Positions 9,818-21,034 are shown, numbered from the whole stretch's first letter. The stretch: 63,491 bases of DNA, filler included, from 9 parts of 9 records of this genome joined end to end with filler, not necessarily neighbours in it; one strand, 5' to 3'. Made by a program: numbers and translations. The notes: generated by a model from the letters alone, not told the origin.

Positions 9818-11273
9818 TTTGTTGAGCGGGGATAAAGTGGACGTTGCGGGATTGACCGAACTGGGCCAAACGGAGATCACCGGGCTGACCTGTGACTCGC
9901 GCAGGGTCAAGCCCGGTTTCCTGTTCGCCGCTTTCCCGGGCGAACATTCGGACGGCCGCGAGTTCATCCCGGAGGCCGTCGGACGGGGCGCTTCGGCCGT
10001 TCTGGCGCCGCCGGGAACGCGGCTGCATCCGCCGACACAGGCAACCCGGCTTCTGACCGTGGACAACCCGCGCCGCATCTTTTCCCTGATGGCGGCGCGG
10101 TTCTACGAATTGCAGCCGCGCACTGTGGCCGCCGTTACCGGCACAAACGGCAAGACCTCGGTGGTCACTTTTCTTCGGCAGATCTGGACCCAATTGGGCC
10201 GCCGTGCCGCCAGCATGGGCACGCTGGGCGTCACCGCCCCCGATCTTGAACGGTCCGGAAATCTGACAACGCCCGACAGCGTCGAACTGCACCGGCAGTT
10301 GCGCGAACTGTCGGATGCCGGTGTCGACCGCCTGGCCATGGAAGCCTCCAGCCACGGCCTTTCCCAATACCGCTTGGACGGGGTGCATATAGCCGCCGCC
10401 GCCTTCACCAACCTGAGCCGCGACCACTTGGACTACCACGGTTCGATGGAAGCCTATGGGGCGGCCAAGCTGCGGCTGGTGATCGATCTGACCGCCGCCG
10501 ATGGGGCCGTCGTCGTCAATGCCGATGATCCGATGTCCGAGGCGTTTTCGGTGGCGGCACGCGGACGCGGCTTGCGCGTCATCACCTTTGGCCGCCAGGG
10601 GCAGAACATCCGGCTGCTGAATGCCGAGCCATCGGCAGTCGGACAGACGCTTCATCTCGAGTGTTTCGGGACGACCACGACCGTCGAGTTACCCCTGGTC
10701 GGGTCCTTCCAGGCCAGCAACGTCTTGTGCGCCTTTGGCCTGGCCGTCGCCTGCGGCGAAAAGCCGAAACGGGCCGCCGAGACGCTGGGCTCGCTGAAGG
10801 GTGTCCGCGGCCGCATGGAATTGTGCGCGCGACTTGCCAACGGCGCTACCGTCTTCGTCGATTACGCCCATACGCCGGATGCGCTCGGCGCCGTCCTACA
10901 GGCCTTCCGGCCGCATACGAAGGGCAAGCTGGTTGTGGTTTTCGGCTGTGGCGGTGATCGCGATACCGGCAAACGCCCGCAAATGGGCGAAATCGCCGAT
11001 AATCTGGCCGACAGGGCTTTTGTCACCGACGACAATCCGCGCAGCGAGGATGCCGGTAATATCCGCCAACAGATCCTGGCCGCCTGCCCGCATGGGAAGG
11101 AAATCGGTGATCGGGCCGAGGCCATAAAGTCGGCGGTGGCCGGCTTGTCGTCGGGCGATATTCTGGTCGTTGCAGGCAAGGGCCATGAAAGCGGCCAGAT
11201 CGTCGGCACGGAAATTCTTCCCTTCGATGATGCCGACGTCGTCCGCCGGGCCGTGGCGGAGGTGTCGTCGTGA
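9804..11273 (+). CDS. murE: UDP-MurNAc-tripeptide synthetase (meso-DAP)
   Basis: VTGTNGKTS, MEASSHGL, DYAHTPDAL and the DDNPR DAP motif; GTG start at 9804. Confidence 0.95.
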   Translation: MHLIDLLSGDKVDVAGLTELGQTEITGLTCDSRRVKPGFLFAAFPGEHSDGREFIPEAVGRGASAVLAPPGTRLHPPTQATRLLTVDNPRRIFSLMAARFYELQPRTVAAVTGTNGKTSVVTFLRQIWTQLGRRAASMGTLGVTAPDLERSGNLTTPDSVELHRQLRELSDAGVDRLAMEASSHGLSQYRLDGVHIAAAAFTNLSRDHLDYHGSMEAYGAAKLRLVIDLTAADGAVVVNADDPMSEAFSVAARGRGLRVITFGRQGQNIRLLNAEPSAVGQTLHLECFGTTTTVELPLVGSFQASNVLCAFGLAVACGEKPKRAAETLGSLKGVRGRMELCARLANGATVFVDYAHTPDALGAVLQAFRPHTKGKLVVVFGCGGDRDTGKRPQMGEIADNLADRAFVTDDNPRSEDAGNIRQQILAACPHGKEIGDRAEAIKSAVAGLSSGDILVVAGKGHESGQIVGTEILPFDDADVVRRAVAEVSS

Positions 11274-12721
11274 TCGACGCCGGCAAAAATCCGATCCTAT
11301 GGCGGGCCGACGAAGCGGCGAGCGCGACCGAAGGGAAGACCCGCGGCAAATGGAAGGCGACGGGCGTTTCCATCGACAGTCGGACGGTTCAGCCGGGTGA
11401 TCTTTTCGTTGCCATCGAAGGTCCGAATTTCGATGGTCACCAATTCGTCGACGATGCCCTGGACAAGGGCGCCGTTGCGGCAATCGTCGCATCGCGGCAG
11501 ATGGGCGACCGGTCCGATAAAAGGCTTTTGGTTGTCGACGACTGTTTGAAGGCATTGCAGAAATTAGGGGGGGCGGCCAGGGGCCGGACTCGCGCCCGCA
11601 TCATTGCGGTCACCGGAAGTGTCGGAAAAACCGGCACAAAGGAAGCGCTTAGGATGGCCCTTGGCCGCCGATTTTCCGTTCATGCCACCGTCGGCAGCCT
11701 GAACAACCACTGGGGGCTTCCGCTCACCCTGGCACGGCTTCCCGCGGAAACCGATTTTGCCGTGCTTGAGCTTGGCATGAACCATCCGGGTGAGATTTCC
11801 GCGTTGACGAAAATGGCCCGGCCGCACGTTGCCGTCATCACCACGGTCGGCCTGGCTCACAAGGAATTCTTCCAATCGGTTGAGCAAATCGCCGACGCCA
11901 AGGCCGAGATTTTCGACGGCGTCGAACCCGGCGGCGCTGCCGTGCTCGACCGCGACCATCCCCTGTACGACCGTTTGGTTGCGGCGGCCGAGCGGGCCGG
12001 GGTCGAACGGATTATTACATTCGGCTCGGCGAAGGATGCCGCCGTCCGGTTGGTTACCGCGGTCCCGGGACCGGATGCATCCGATGTGACGGCGCTCATC
12101 AATGGCCGCTCCCACGTTTTCAGGGTTGGCACCCCGGGACGGCATTGGATCAGCAATTCGCTGGCGGTATTGGCGGCGGTCTCGGCGGCCGGCGGCGATG
12201 TCGTCTCGGCGGTCCAGGCGATGGCCGATCTGCGGCCCCCGGCCGGACGCGGGCAAAGGCACCGCATTCAAATGGCCGGTGGCACATTCCAGTTGATCGA
12301 TGAAAGCTACAACGCCAACCCGGTTGCCATGCGTGCCGCCTTCGAGGTTCTCGGTCGGGCTCTGCCGTGCAACGGCGGTCGCCGCATTGCCGTCCTCGGC
12401 GACATGCTGGAACTGGGCGACGAATCCGGCGATCTGCATGCCGAGCTTGCAGGTCCGCTCAAGGAACAGGGGATCGACAAGGTCTTCACCGCCGGCACCG
12501 ACATGCTCCGCCTGTGGGACGCCTTGCCGCGAACCATGCGGGGCGGCCATGCCGCCGATTCCAAATCGTTGGCGCCGATGGTCGTATCGGTCCTCGGCCC
12601 CGGCGACGTCGTTATGGTCAAGGGATCGGCCGGCAGCAAGACTGGCCTGATCGTCGAGGCCCTGAAGGCTCTTGGATCGAACGGTGGCGACGCACCGAAA
12701 CAAGCGGTCAACGGGCAATAG
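11270..12721 (+). CDS. murF: UDP-MurNAc-tripeptide D-Ala-D-Ala ligase
   Basis: [30 protein letters not shown] and LGDMLELG. Confidence 0.95.
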   Translation: MIDAGKNPILWRADEAASATEGKTRGKWKATGVSIDSRTVQPGDLFVAIEGPNFDGHQFVDDALDKGAVAAIVASRQMGDRSDKRLLVVDDCLKALQKLGGAARGRTRARIIAVTGSVGKTGTKEALRMALGRRFSVHATVGSLNNHWGLPLTLARLPAETDFAVLELGMNHPGEISALTKMARPHVAVITTVGLAHKEFFQSVEQIADAKAEIFDGVEPGGAAVLDRDHPLYDRLVAAAERAGVERIITFGSAKDAAVRLVTAVPGPDASDVTALINGRSHVFRVGTPGRHWISNSLAVLAAVSAAGGDVVSAVQAMADLRPPAGRGQRHRIQMAGGTFQLIDESYNANPVAMRAAFEVLGRALPCNGGRRIAVLGDMLELGDESGDLHAELAGPLKEQGIDKVFTAGTDMLRLWDALPRTMRGGHAADSKSLAPMVVSVLGPGDVVMVKGSAGSKTGLIVEALKALGSNGGDAPKQAVNGQ

Positions 12722-12729
12722 GGGGCATC

Positions 12730-13818
12730 ATGCTGTATCACCTCCTGTTTCCGCTGGCCGATCAACTGCCGATCTTCAACGTCGTCCGCTACCTGACCTT
12801 CCGCACGGGTGCCGCCGTCATGACGGCGCTGATCGTCGGCTTCCTGCTCGGTCCGATGCTGATCCGCCGCCTGCGTGAACTGCAGAACGGCGGCCAGCCG
12901 ATCCGCGACGATGGCCCGGAAAGCCATCTGATCACCAAAAAGGGAACCCCGACCATGGGCGGGTTCCTGATTCTGCTGGCGATCACGGTTTCGACGCTTC
13001 TGTGGGCCGACCTGAACAACGGTTTCGTCTGGGTCGTGCTGTTCGTCACCATCGGCTTCGGGGCGGTCGGTTTCGCCGACGATATCCTGAAGGTGACGCG
13101 GCGCGAAAGCCGCGGTTTGTCGGGGAAAGTGAAGTTCCTGCTGCAAACCGTCATTGCCGTCGCGGCGACGTTGTGGATCATGCATCTATTGCCGGCCCCG
13201 CTCGATACGACACTGGCCGTGCCGTTTTTCAAGTCGTTCCTGATCAATCTCGGCTGGGCGTTCATGGCCTTCTCGGTTTTTGTCATGGTCGGGGCGTCGA
13301 ACGCGGTCAACCTGACCGACGGCCTGGACGGTCTGGCGATCGTCCCGGTGATGATCGCCATCGCCGTGTTCGCAGTGATTTCCTATCTGGTCGGCCACAG
13401 CGTCTTTTCCGGGTATCTACAGGTCCACTATGTTCCCGGCAGCGGCGAATTGGCCGTCTTCTGTGGCGCGCTGGTCGGCGGCGGGCTCGGTTTTCTTTGG
13501 TTCAACGCACCGCCGGCGGCCGTGTTCATGGGCGATACCGGGTCGTTGTCGCTGGGCGGGGCGCTTGGCGCCGTCAGCATCATCACCAAGCACGAACTGG
13601 TTCTGGCCATCGTTGGCGGCCTGTTCGTCCTGGAGACCGCTTCGGTGATCGTGCAGGTCCTGTCGTTCAAGTTGACCGGCAAGCGTGTCTTCCGCATGGC
13701 GCCGCTTCACCATCACTTCGAAAAGAAGGGCTGGGCCGAATCAACCATCGTGATTCGCTTCTGGATCATCGCGACGATCCTGGCGCTGATCGGTCTTTCG
13801 ACCCTGAAGCTGAGGTGA
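12730..13818 (+). CDS. mraY: Phospho-MurNAc-pentapeptide transferase
   Basis: [30 protein letters not shown] and MAPLHHHFE; true start MLYHLL at 12730. Confidence 0.97.
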   Translation: MLYHLLFPLADQLPIFNVVRYLTFRTGAAVMTALIVGFLLGPMLIRRLRELQNGGQPIRDDGPESHLITKKGTPTMGGFLILLAITVSTLLWADLNNGFVWVVLFVTIGFGAVGFADDILKVTRRESRGLSGKVKFLLQTVIAVAATLWIMHLLPAPLDTTLAVPFFKSFLINLGWAFMAFSVFVMVGASNAVNLTDGLDGLAIVPVMIAIAVFAVISYLVGHSVFSGYLQVHYVPGSGELAVFCGALVGGGLGFLWFNAPPAAVFMGDTGSLSLGGALGAVSIITKHELVLAIVGGLFVLETASVIVQVLSFKLTGKRVFRMAPLHHHFEKKGWAESTIVIRFWIIATILALIGLSTLKLR

Positions 13819-13825
13819 CGGCGGG

Positions 13826-15220
13826 ATGATCCGGGTCACGCAATACAGGGATCGTTCCGTCGCCGTCGTCGGTTTGGGCCGTTCCGGTCTGGCCACGGCG
13901 CAAAGCCTACGCGCCGGTGGCGCCGAGGTTTGGGCCTGGGACGATAACGAAGCGGCGCGCGGCCATGCGCGGGATCTGGGTTTGGCGATCGCCGAACCGG
14001 AGCCAGATCGGTTGCGCCAGAGTGCCGCTCTCGTCCTCAGCCCGGGCATTCCGCTGACCCATCCGGTTCCGCATCCGATCGTCGGCATGGCGAAACAGGC
14101 CGGCTGCCCGATCATCGGCGATATCGAACTGCTGTACGAAGCCGATTCTCAGGCCACGTTTGTCGGGATCACCGGCACCAACGGCAAGTCGACGACCACG
14201 GCGCTTCTCGGCCACATTCTGGAAACGGTTGGGAAACCGGTGCGCACGGGCGGCAATATCGGCCTGCCGGTACTGGGTTTCGACGCGGTAGAGGACGGCG
14301 GCGCTTATGTGCTGGAACTGTCGTCCTATCAGTTGGATCTGCTTGACCAGGCGGTTTTCGACATCGCCGTTCTTATCAACATCGCGCCCGATCATCTCGA
14401 CCGGCACGGCGGCATGGGCGGTTATGTGCGGTCCAAGCAACGCATATTCGCCGACGGCGACGTCAATTCGATTGCCGTGGTCGGTATCGACGATACCCAT
14501 TCGGCCCGCATCTTCGAAGATATCAAGGCCGCGTCACGGCGTCGCGCCATCGCTATTTCCGGCCTGTCGCCGGTTGCCGGCGGCGTTTCGGCCGCCGGTG
14601 GCCTGTTGATCGACGATCTCGACGGTCACGGGGCGCAAATCCTGGATCTGCGCCGCATCAAGACGCTGCCCGGCGACCACAACTGGCAAAATACGGCGGC
14701 CGCCTATGCCGCCGCCCGGGCCCTTGGCCTTGCGGCCGGCGACATTGCCGCCGCCATCGCCACCTACCCCGGCCTCGAACACCGCCAGGAAATCGTCGCC
14801 TCGGTCAACGGCGTTACCTTCGTCAACGACAGCAAGGCGACCAACGCCGATGCCACGGCCCGCGCGCTGGCCTGTTACGACACCGTTTATTGGATCGCCG
14901 GCGGTCGCGCCAAGGAAGGCGGCATCGCCGATCTGGCCCCGTATCTCCCGCACGTTCGCCGGGCCTTCCTGATCGGCGAGGCGGCAGGTGCTTTTGCCGA
15001 AACGCTGGGCACCGACGTCGCGTTTCAACAGTGCGGAACCCTCGACGTCGCCGTTGCCGAAGCTTTCGACGCGGCGATGGCCGATGGCATCGACGGTGCC
15101 GTCGTCCTGCTGTCGCCGGCCTGTGCGTCCTTCGATCAGTTCCGGGATTTCGAAGCCCGCGGAGATGCGTTCAAGGCACGGATCGCCGATATCGCCGAGA
15201 AGCGGGGGGCGTCGGCATGA
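13826..15220 (+). CDS. murD: UDP-MurNAc-L-Ala D-Glu ligase
   Basis: ITGTNGKSTTT, ELSSYQL, NDSKATN and LLSPACASFDQF. Confidence 0.97.
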   Translation: MIRVTQYRDRSVAVVGLGRSGLATAQSLRAGGAEVWAWDDNEAARGHARDLGLAIAEPEPDRLRQSAALVLSPGIPLTHPVPHPIVGMAKQAGCPIIGDIELLYEADSQATFVGITGTNGKSTTTALLGHILETVGKPVRTGGNIGLPVLGFDAVEDGGAYVLELSSYQLDLLDQAVFDIAVLINIAPDHLDRHGGMGGYVRSKQRIFADGDVNSIAVVGIDDTHSARIFEDIKAASRRRAIAISGLSPVAGGVSAAGGLLIDDLDGHGAQILDLRRIKTLPGDHNWQNTAAAYAAARALGLAAGDIAAAIATYPGLEHRQEIVASVNGVTFVNDSKATNADATARALACYDTVYWIAGGRAKEGGIADLAPYLPHVRRAFLIGEAAGAFAETLGTDVAFQQCGTLDVAVAEAFDAAMADGIDGAVVLLSPACASFDQFRDFEARGDAFKARIADIAEKRGASA

Positions 15221-16338
15221 ACATCGGACGCACCGATACGAGCATCCTGGGACGCTGGTGGTGGACCGTCGACCGCTGGACCCTGGCCGCCCTGGTGATG
15301 ATTGTTTCCCTCGGTGCCGTCCTGACCCTGGCCGCGTCGCCGCCGGCGGCCGAACGCATCGGGCTCGACACCTTCCACTTCGCGCGCCGGCAGTTCGTTT
15401 TCCTGCCGATGGCCCTGTGCGTCATGATGGTGGCATCGTTGCTTTCGATCCGCGGCGTCCGCCGGCTTTCCGCCATCGTCTTCGTGGCGGCGGCGGTTCT
15501 GATGATCGCGGTGCTGCTGTTTGGCACCGAAATCAAGGGCGCGACGCGTTGGCTCCAAGTCGGGCCGATCGCGCTGCAGCCGTCCGAATTCATGAAACCG
15601 GCCTTTGCCGTTCTGTCGGCCTGGATGTTCGCCGAAAACCGACTCGACGACCGTTTCCCCGGGTATCTCGTCGCCACCGGCTTGTACCTGTTTGTCGCCG
15701 CCCTGTTGGTGATGCAGCCCGACGTCGGCACCACCATCCTGATTTCGGCGATCTGGGCGGTGCAGTTCTTCGTTGCCGGCCTACCGCTGGCCTGGGTCGG
15801 AATGATCGGCGCCGGGTTCCTGGGCGCCGCAGTTGCCGCTTATTTCACGTTTTCCCACGTCCAGACCCGGGTCGACCGCTTTCTCGATCCCGCCGCCGGT
15901 GAGGGATACCAGGTGACGCAGGGGCTTGAGGCGTTCCGAAACGGCGGTTTTTTCGGGCGCGGCCCGGGCGAGGGCGAAATCAAGGCCGTACTTCCCGACG
16001 CCCATACCGACTTCGTTTTTTCCGTCGCCGGCGAGGAATTCGGCCTATGGCTGTGCCTGCTGGTTGTCGGGCTGTTCGCTTTTGTCGTGTTGCGCGGGTT
16101 TGCGCGGGTGCTGCGCGAAGAGAACCTGTTCGTCGTGCTGGCCGTGGCCGGGCTTCTGGTCCTATTCGGCCTGCAGGCGATCATCAACATGGGGTCGGCC
16201 CTGCACTTGATGCCACCGAAGGGGATGACGCTGCCGTTTATTTCCTACGGCGGGTCTTCGGCCCTGGCTCTGGCCATGGCCATGGGAATGGTTCTGGCCC
16301 TGACCCGAAACCGCCTGCAGCGCGGAGGTGCCGAATGA
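15217..16338 (+). CDS. ftsW: SEDS peptidoglycan glycosyltransferase FtsW
   Basis: KGATRW, QPSEFMKP, LPDAHTDF and PKGMTLPFISYGGS; alphaproteobacterial-type WWWTVDRW N-terminus. Confidence 0.95.
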   Translation: MNIGRTDTSILGRWWWTVDRWTLAALVMIVSLGAVLTLAASPPAAERIGLDTFHFARRQFVFLPMALCVMMVASLLSIRGVRRLSAIVFVAAAVLMIAVLLFGTEIKGATRWLQVGPIALQPSEFMKPAFAVLSAWMFAENRLDDRFPGYLVATGLYLFVAALLVMQPDVGTTILISAIWAVQFFVAGLPLAWVGMIGAGFLGAAVAAYFTFSHVQTRVDRFLDPAAGEGYQVTQGLEAFRNGGFFGRGPGEGEIKAVLPDAHTDFVFSVAGEEFGLWLCLLVVGLFAFVVLRGFARVLREENLFVVLAVAGLLVLFGLQAIINMGSALHLMPPKGMTLPFISYGGSSALALAMAMGMVLALTRNRLQRGGAE

Positions 16339-17474
16339 CCGGCGCTTATTCCTCCTTGGTCGTGCTGGCGGCCGGCGGTACCGGCGGCCACGTCTTCCCG
16401 GCCCAGGCGCTGGCGGCCGAACTTGCCGAGCGCGGCAACCGGGTCGTGCTGATGACCGACGAACGCGGCAGCGCCCATGGCGAAAGCAGCGGCATTTCCG
16501 AGGTTATGCGCATTCGCGCCGGCGGCTTGGCCGGCAAGGGGCTGGGCGCGCGCCTTTGCAGCGGGTTTGAACTGGCGTTCGGGACATTTCAGGCCCGGCG
16601 CCTGCTGGCCCGCCTGCGTCCGGCGGCGGTTGTCGGTTTCGGCGGCTATGCTTCGGTGCCGACCATGATGGCGGCCCGTTTTGCCGGATTCAACACAGCC
16701 ATTCACGAACAAAATGCTGTTTTAGGCCGTGCCAACCGGTTGCTGGCGCCGAAAGTGTCGCGGATCGCAACGGCATTCGAGGATTCACAGGGACTGCCGA
16801 CCAATGGCGTGGCGAAGATCGTGCATACCGGTATGCCGGTCCGCCCGGCGATTGCCGAGAAGCAAAACAGCGGCTATCCGGCCATCGATGCCGATGGCCC
16901 GATCAACCTTCTGGTTTTGGGCGGCAGCCAAGGCGCCCACGTCTTTACCGAAGTCGTGCCGGCCGCCTTGAAGGCGCTGCCGGAGAATCTGAAAGGCCGA
17001 CTGAGGGTATCCCAGCAGTGCCGGCCCGAAGACCTGGATGAAACCCGGCAGGCGTATTTGGACAGCGGTATCGGAGTCGATCTGGCGACCTTCTTCGCGG
17101 ACGTTCCCGAACGCTTGATGGCGGCGCATCTCCTGATTTCTCGGTCCGGCGCTTCGACCGTGGCCGAGGTTCTGGCGATCGGACGGCCGACGATTTTGGT
17201 GCCTTACCCGCATGCCATCGATGATCATCAGTCGTTCAATGCCCATGCCGTCGCCGAAGCCGGTGCCGGCTGGCTGATGCCGCAGGAATCCTTCTCGGCC
17301 CGGGCTCTGAGCGCAAGGCTTGAATCCCTGTTCGGGCTTCCGGCCACCCTGCAAAAGGCAGCGGCCGCGGCCCGCTTGGTCGGCCGTTCCGACGCGGCGG
17401 CGCGATTGGCCGACATGGTTTGCGAACTGCTGCCGTCCAACGGCGAACCGGTAGACGGAAGGAAAGCGGCATGA
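16335..17474 (+). CDS. murG: Lipid II GlcNAc transferase
   Basis: AGGTGGHVFPA, HEQNA, GGSQGA and SRSGASTVAE. Confidence 0.97.
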   Translation: MTGAYSSLVVLAAGGTGGHVFPAQALAAELAERGNRVVLMTDERGSAHGESSGISEVMRIRAGGLAGKGLGARLCSGFELAFGTFQARRLLARLRPAAVVGFGGYASVPTMMAARFAGFNTAIHEQNAVLGRANRLLAPKVSRIATAFEDSQGLPTNGVAKIVHTGMPVRPAIAEKQNSGYPAIDADGPINLLVLGGSQGAHVFTEVVPAALKALPENLKGRLRVSQQCRPEDLDETRQAYLDSGIGVDLATFFADVPERLMAAHLLISRSGASTVAEVLAIGRPTILVPYPHAIDDHQSFNAHAVAEAGAGWLMPQESFSARALSARLESLFGLPATLQKAAAAARLVGRSDAAARLADMVCELLPSNGEPVDGRKAA

Positions 17475-17542
17475 TGGCCCTTCCGCTCGATATCGGTCCC
17501 ATGCACTTTGTCGGCATCGGCGGCATCGGCATGAGCGGCATT
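17471..17542 (+). CDS. murC: UDP-MurNAc-L-Ala ligase, N-terminal fragment
   Basis: MMALPLDIGPMHFVGIGGIGMSGI directly after murG. Confidence 0.9.
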
Positions 17543-17642
17543 NNNNNNNNNNNNNNNNNNNNNNNNNNNNNNNNNNNNNNNNNNNNTTAATTAATTAANN
17601 NNNNNNNNNNNNNNNNNNNNNNNNNNNNNNNNNNNNNNNNNN
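17543..17642. other. Artificial contig spacer
   Basis: N-TTAATTAATTAA-N linker. Confidence 0.99.
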
Positions 17643-17672
17643 CGCAGATGGGTGACTTTTCGTTCAAACACT

Positions 17673-19244
17673 TTAAATGAATCTCATTCTGATCCTGCTG
17701 CACAGATGATCTATAATCCCCACGGTGATAATGATGATAATCATCATGGTGCATACTTCCCGGAACAGATATCCGTTAAGTTTGTCAAAGATGAGAAAAC
17801 CGATGCCGCCGGCCCCCACAAAGCCAAGAATGGCAGCGCTTCTGACATTGGATTCAAACCTGAGCAGGGTGTAGGAGACAAAAACCGACATGACCTGGGG
17901 CATAACCGAAAATGCGATGGTCTGGGCAGCAGAAGCACCCGTGCTGGTCAGGGCCTCTACCTGGCCGGACTCAATGGCCTCGATCTGCTCGGAAAAGACC
18001 TTGCCCAGCACACCGAAGGTGTGTATCCACAGGGCCAGGATGCCGGCGTAGGGTCCTAGGCCGATCACCGCCACAAAGATCAGGGCCATGACAAATTCGT
18101 TGAATCCCCTGGAGGCGTCCAGCATCCGCCGGACCAAAAAGGAGATGGCATTCCGGGTGGATCTGGACTTGATGTCTTCCCCGGGCAGGATGATTTTCAA
18201 GGTGTTTTTGGCTGCAAAAAAAGAGACCGGGATGGCGCAGACCAGCGCCAGCAGCGTTCCCCAGATGGCAATGGCAATGGTTTCCAGCAGGGCCACCATA
18301 TACCCCTTGATCTTTTCGGGAGCGGTTTCAGGGGGAAAATATCCCCCTTGTTTTTCTTTTAAGGCATCTTTTTTTGCTGCCCGCTTCAGCCTCCGGACCT
18401 CTTTGGCGTCCATGGATGCCAGAATCTCTTTTTCATTTTTCCGGCGCTCCTTTTCCATTTCCTGAAAATCCGGGCGCTGGTCAAAGGGCAGGCTCCTGTA
18501 CTTGTTGGACATATACTCCTGGGCGCGTCCCTTGGCTTCGATCTGGGGAGCCCTGTCGATCTGGTCTTGTATATAATTTTGGTCGACCTGGCTTAAATCC
18601 CGTCCAAAAAGATACTCTTTGGCATGACCCCGGTTCTCCCAGACTTTTGATGGGCTGATACCGCACCAGACCCAGGTCACGGTTAGGATGACCAGACAGA
18701 CGGCCAGAAGATTAAACCGTCGGTAGCCGGAGAGGACCGTGGGCGGCCGGATCACTTTGCGGAAAGCAAAGGACTCGTCCAGCCCGGTCTCATCCAATAA
18801 GTTGCGGAAAATAAGGGGTAGGATACAAAGCATGAGGGTGCCCACAAGGCACAAAATCAGTCCGAATCCCAGGTTTTCGATGGGATGAAACTGAACGAGC
18901 CGCGCTCCATCCTGAAGTGCAATCATTTCGGCCCAGGATCCTTGCCGGTTCAAAGACAAGGTCCCAGAGTCCGAGAACACAAAGCCGGAGATGAGTACCG
19001 CAAGAGCAGTCAGGCCAGCCAAGCCCGGGTAAAGCAGATCTGCAGGCCTGGGCCGGGTGCGCATCAGGGTAAAACCTGCGGCGGAAGCACCGGCAAAAGG
19101 AAAAATCAACAAAATCCAGTACCCGAGCATGGCCAGGTTTAAACCTGCGTAGTGAAAGGGACCTTTCTCCAGCCAAGGCAGGATAAATCCTGCGATGAGC
19201 ATTAATCCCGCAGCAAGGGTCAGAGGCTTGAATCCCTTTTCCAT
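17673..19244 (-). CDS. phnE: Phosphonate ABC permease with a long N-terminal extension
   Basis: The C-terminal ~220 aa carry PhnE motifs (LLETIAIAIWGT, GKVFSEQIEAI, RFESNVRSAAILGFVGAGGIG); 523 aa in total. Confidence 0.88.
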   Translation of the reverse strand: MEKGFKPLTLAAGLMLIAGFILPWLEKGPFHYAGLNLAMLGYWILLIFPFAGASAAGFTLMRTRPRPADLLYPGLAGLTALAVLISGFVFSDSGTLSLNRQGSWAEMIALQDGARLVQFHPIENLGFGLILCLVGTLMLCILPLIFRNLLDETGLDESFAFRKVIRPPTVLSGYRRFNLLAVCLVILTVTWVWCGISPSKVWENRGHAKEYLFGRDLSQVDQNYIQDQIDRAPQIEAKGRAQEYMSNKYRSLPFDQRPDFQEMEKERRKNEKEILASMDAKEVRRLKRAAKKDALKEKQGGYFPPETAPEKIKGYMVALLETIAIAIWGTLLALVCAIPVSFFAAKNTLKIILPGEDIKSRSTRNAISFLVRRMLDASRGFNEFVMALIFVAVIGLGPYAGILALWIHTFGVLGKVFSEQIEAIESGQVEALTSTGASAAQTIAFSVMPQVMSVFVSYTLLRFESNVRSAAILGFVGAGGIGFLIFDKLNGYLFREVCTMMIIIIITVGIIDHLCSRIRMRFI

Positions 19245-19247
19245 GGT

Positions 19248-20135
19248 TTAATTTCCTTTTTTCTCCTGGAGTTTGGCTTTGAGACGCTTCATGTACCGGA
19301 CCACGTCATAGGTGCTATCGCTTACCGGGGCATAGCCGCCGTTCTGAAGCTTGTCAATGCCTGCCTTGTCAAAGTTAAAGGACATCAATGCGCCTGTGAA
19401 TGCGGCCTTGAGGCTGGAAGGCAAATCTTTTCTGCCGGCCATGGGGGCGCCGGGAATCAGCTCGGAGGTCCAGATAATGTTGAAGTCGTCCTTTGAGGCC
19501 GCACCCTTTTCAATCATCCGGTTCAGGTCGATGTTATTGGTGGAGGCCACTTGGATTTTTTCGTTTTTCACAGCCAGGATAGAGGCGCCGTGGGAGCCGG
19601 AAAAGGAAACTTGTGTGAAAAGCTTTTCCGGATTGGTTTTCAGATCACGGTAGAAAAGCACGCTGGGTACCAGGCACCCCGAGGTGGAGTTGGGATCGGT
19701 AAAGGAGAAGGTGTGGGTTTTGTCAATGGCCTGGTCCAACGTAGTGATCCCGGAACCCTTCTTGGTGATGATGATGCCGTAGTAGCCCTTGGCGCCGGTC
19801 TTATCCAGCTCCAGGGCCAGGGCCTGGGCACCGGCCCGGGCAGAAGCTTCCACATAGGATTTGGGGCCAAAGTAAGCAAAGTCGATGTGCTTGTGGGCCA
19901 TGGCGGTGATGATGCCGGCATAATCCGAGGCGGAAAAAGCCTCTACCTTGATGCCCAGATTTTTCTCCAGGTGCTTCATGAGGGGGACGAACCGGACCTG
20001 AATGTCGGCCCCGCCCTCGGTGGGGATAAGGCCGACCCGGATTTTGTTCGGCCAGTTCTGGGCGGCATTGACACTGGCGCCCGCTGTCATGGTCAGGCAG
20101 AATAGAGCAATCAAGAGTTTCTTCATGAATTTCAT
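19248..20135 (-). CDS. phnD: Phosphonate ABC substrate-binding protein
   Basis: Signal peptide; SDYAGII, FGPKSYV, DPNSTSG and SGSHGAS. Confidence 0.92.
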   Translation of the reverse strand: MKFMKKLLIALFCLTMTAGASVNAAQNWPNKIRVGLIPTEGGADIQVRFVPLMKHLEKNLGIKVEAFSASDYAGIITAMAHKHIDFAYFGPKSYVEASARAGAQALALELDKTGAKGYYGIIITKKGSGITTLDQAIDKTHTFSFTDPNSTSGCLVPSVLFYRDLKTNPEKLFTQVSFSGSHGASILAVKNEKIQVASTNNIDLNRMIEKGAASKDDFNIIWTSELIPGAPMAGRKDLPSSLKAAFTGALMSFNFDKAGIDKLQNGGYAPVSDSTYDVVRYMKRLKAKLQEKKGN

Positions 20136-20188
20136 TTTTTTCTCCTTAAAAAAGTAATGGGTGATGGAACAAAAATTATTTGTCAGGG

Positions 20189-21025
20189 TTATGCGGCAAA
20201 GGTTTTTTCCCGGGCCGCATTCGGGGAGGAGCTGATGTCTGCCGAACAGACGGCCGATTCAAATTCAGCCCCGTAAATGGTTTTGGCAACCTTCTGGGTG
20301 AACTGGTCCACGGGACCGTCAAAGACCAGCCGGCCGTCCTGGATGCCGATGATCCGGTCGGCGTACTGCTGGGCCAGGTCCATCTGGTGAAGATTGATGA
20401 GGACGGGGATGGCCCGGGACTCACATATTTTTTTGAGAATGCCCATGACCCGTTGGGAACTTGCCGGGTCCAGGCTGGCCACAGGTTCGTCCGCCAGGAC
20501 AACCCGGGGCTCCTGGGCCAGGGTCCTGGCAATGGCCACCCGCTGCTGTTGGCCGCCGGAGAGACTGTCTGCACGTTTGGGCGCCAGATGGGAGATCCCC
20601 ACTTGGGTAAGGGCTTCAAAGGCTTTTTGTTTTTCTGTATCCTTGAAGGTTTTAAATATCGAGGCCATTGACCATAAACGGTTTGAACACAGGCTCAGGC
20701 GGCCTGCCAGGACATTTTCAAACACCGTGAGCCTGGGCACCAGGTTAAACTGCTGGAAGACCATGCCCACATCGGATCGGAGTTTGAGAAGATTCCTGCC
20801 CCGGCACCGGGTAATGTCCTCCCCGTGGATGCGGATCTCTCCGTTTGTCCTGGGGATCAGGCGGTTCAAACAGCGCAGCAGGGTGGATTTTCCCGCCCCG
20901 GAGGGCCCTAAGATGGCCACCAATTCCCCCTGGTCCACGGAAAAAGAGACATCATCTACGGCAGTGATATCCCCGTTGAAGATCTTGGTCAGGTGGTTGA
21001 CGGTGAGAACGGATTGGGAACTCAT
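20189..21025 (-). CDS. phnC: Phosphonate ABC ATPase
   Basis: GPSGAGKSTLLR, FQQFNLV, LSGGQQQRVAIAR and DEPVASLDP. Confidence 0.93.
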   Translation of the reverse strand: MSSQSVLTVNHLTKIFNGDITAVDDVSFSVDQGELVAILGPSGAGKSTLLRCLNRLIPRTNGEIRIHGEDITRCRGRNLLKLRSDVGMVFQQFNLVPRLTVFENVLAGRLSLCSNRLWSMASIFKTFKDTEKQKAFEALTQVGISHLAPKRADSLSGGQQQRVAIARTLAQEPRVVLADEPVASLDPASSQRVMGILKKICESRAIPVLINLHQMDLAQQYADRIIGIQDGRLVFDGPVDQFTQKVAKTIYGAEFESAVCSADISSSPNAAREKTFAA

Positions 21026-21034
21026 GAAATCTCC

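Noticed and set aside
8447-17541. Many long antisense and alternate-frame ORFs over the dcw cluster (e.g. 8447-10078, 11564-12718)
   Set aside because: They are shadow ORFs expected in high-GC coding DNA; they carry no motifs and fully overlap well-supported genes.
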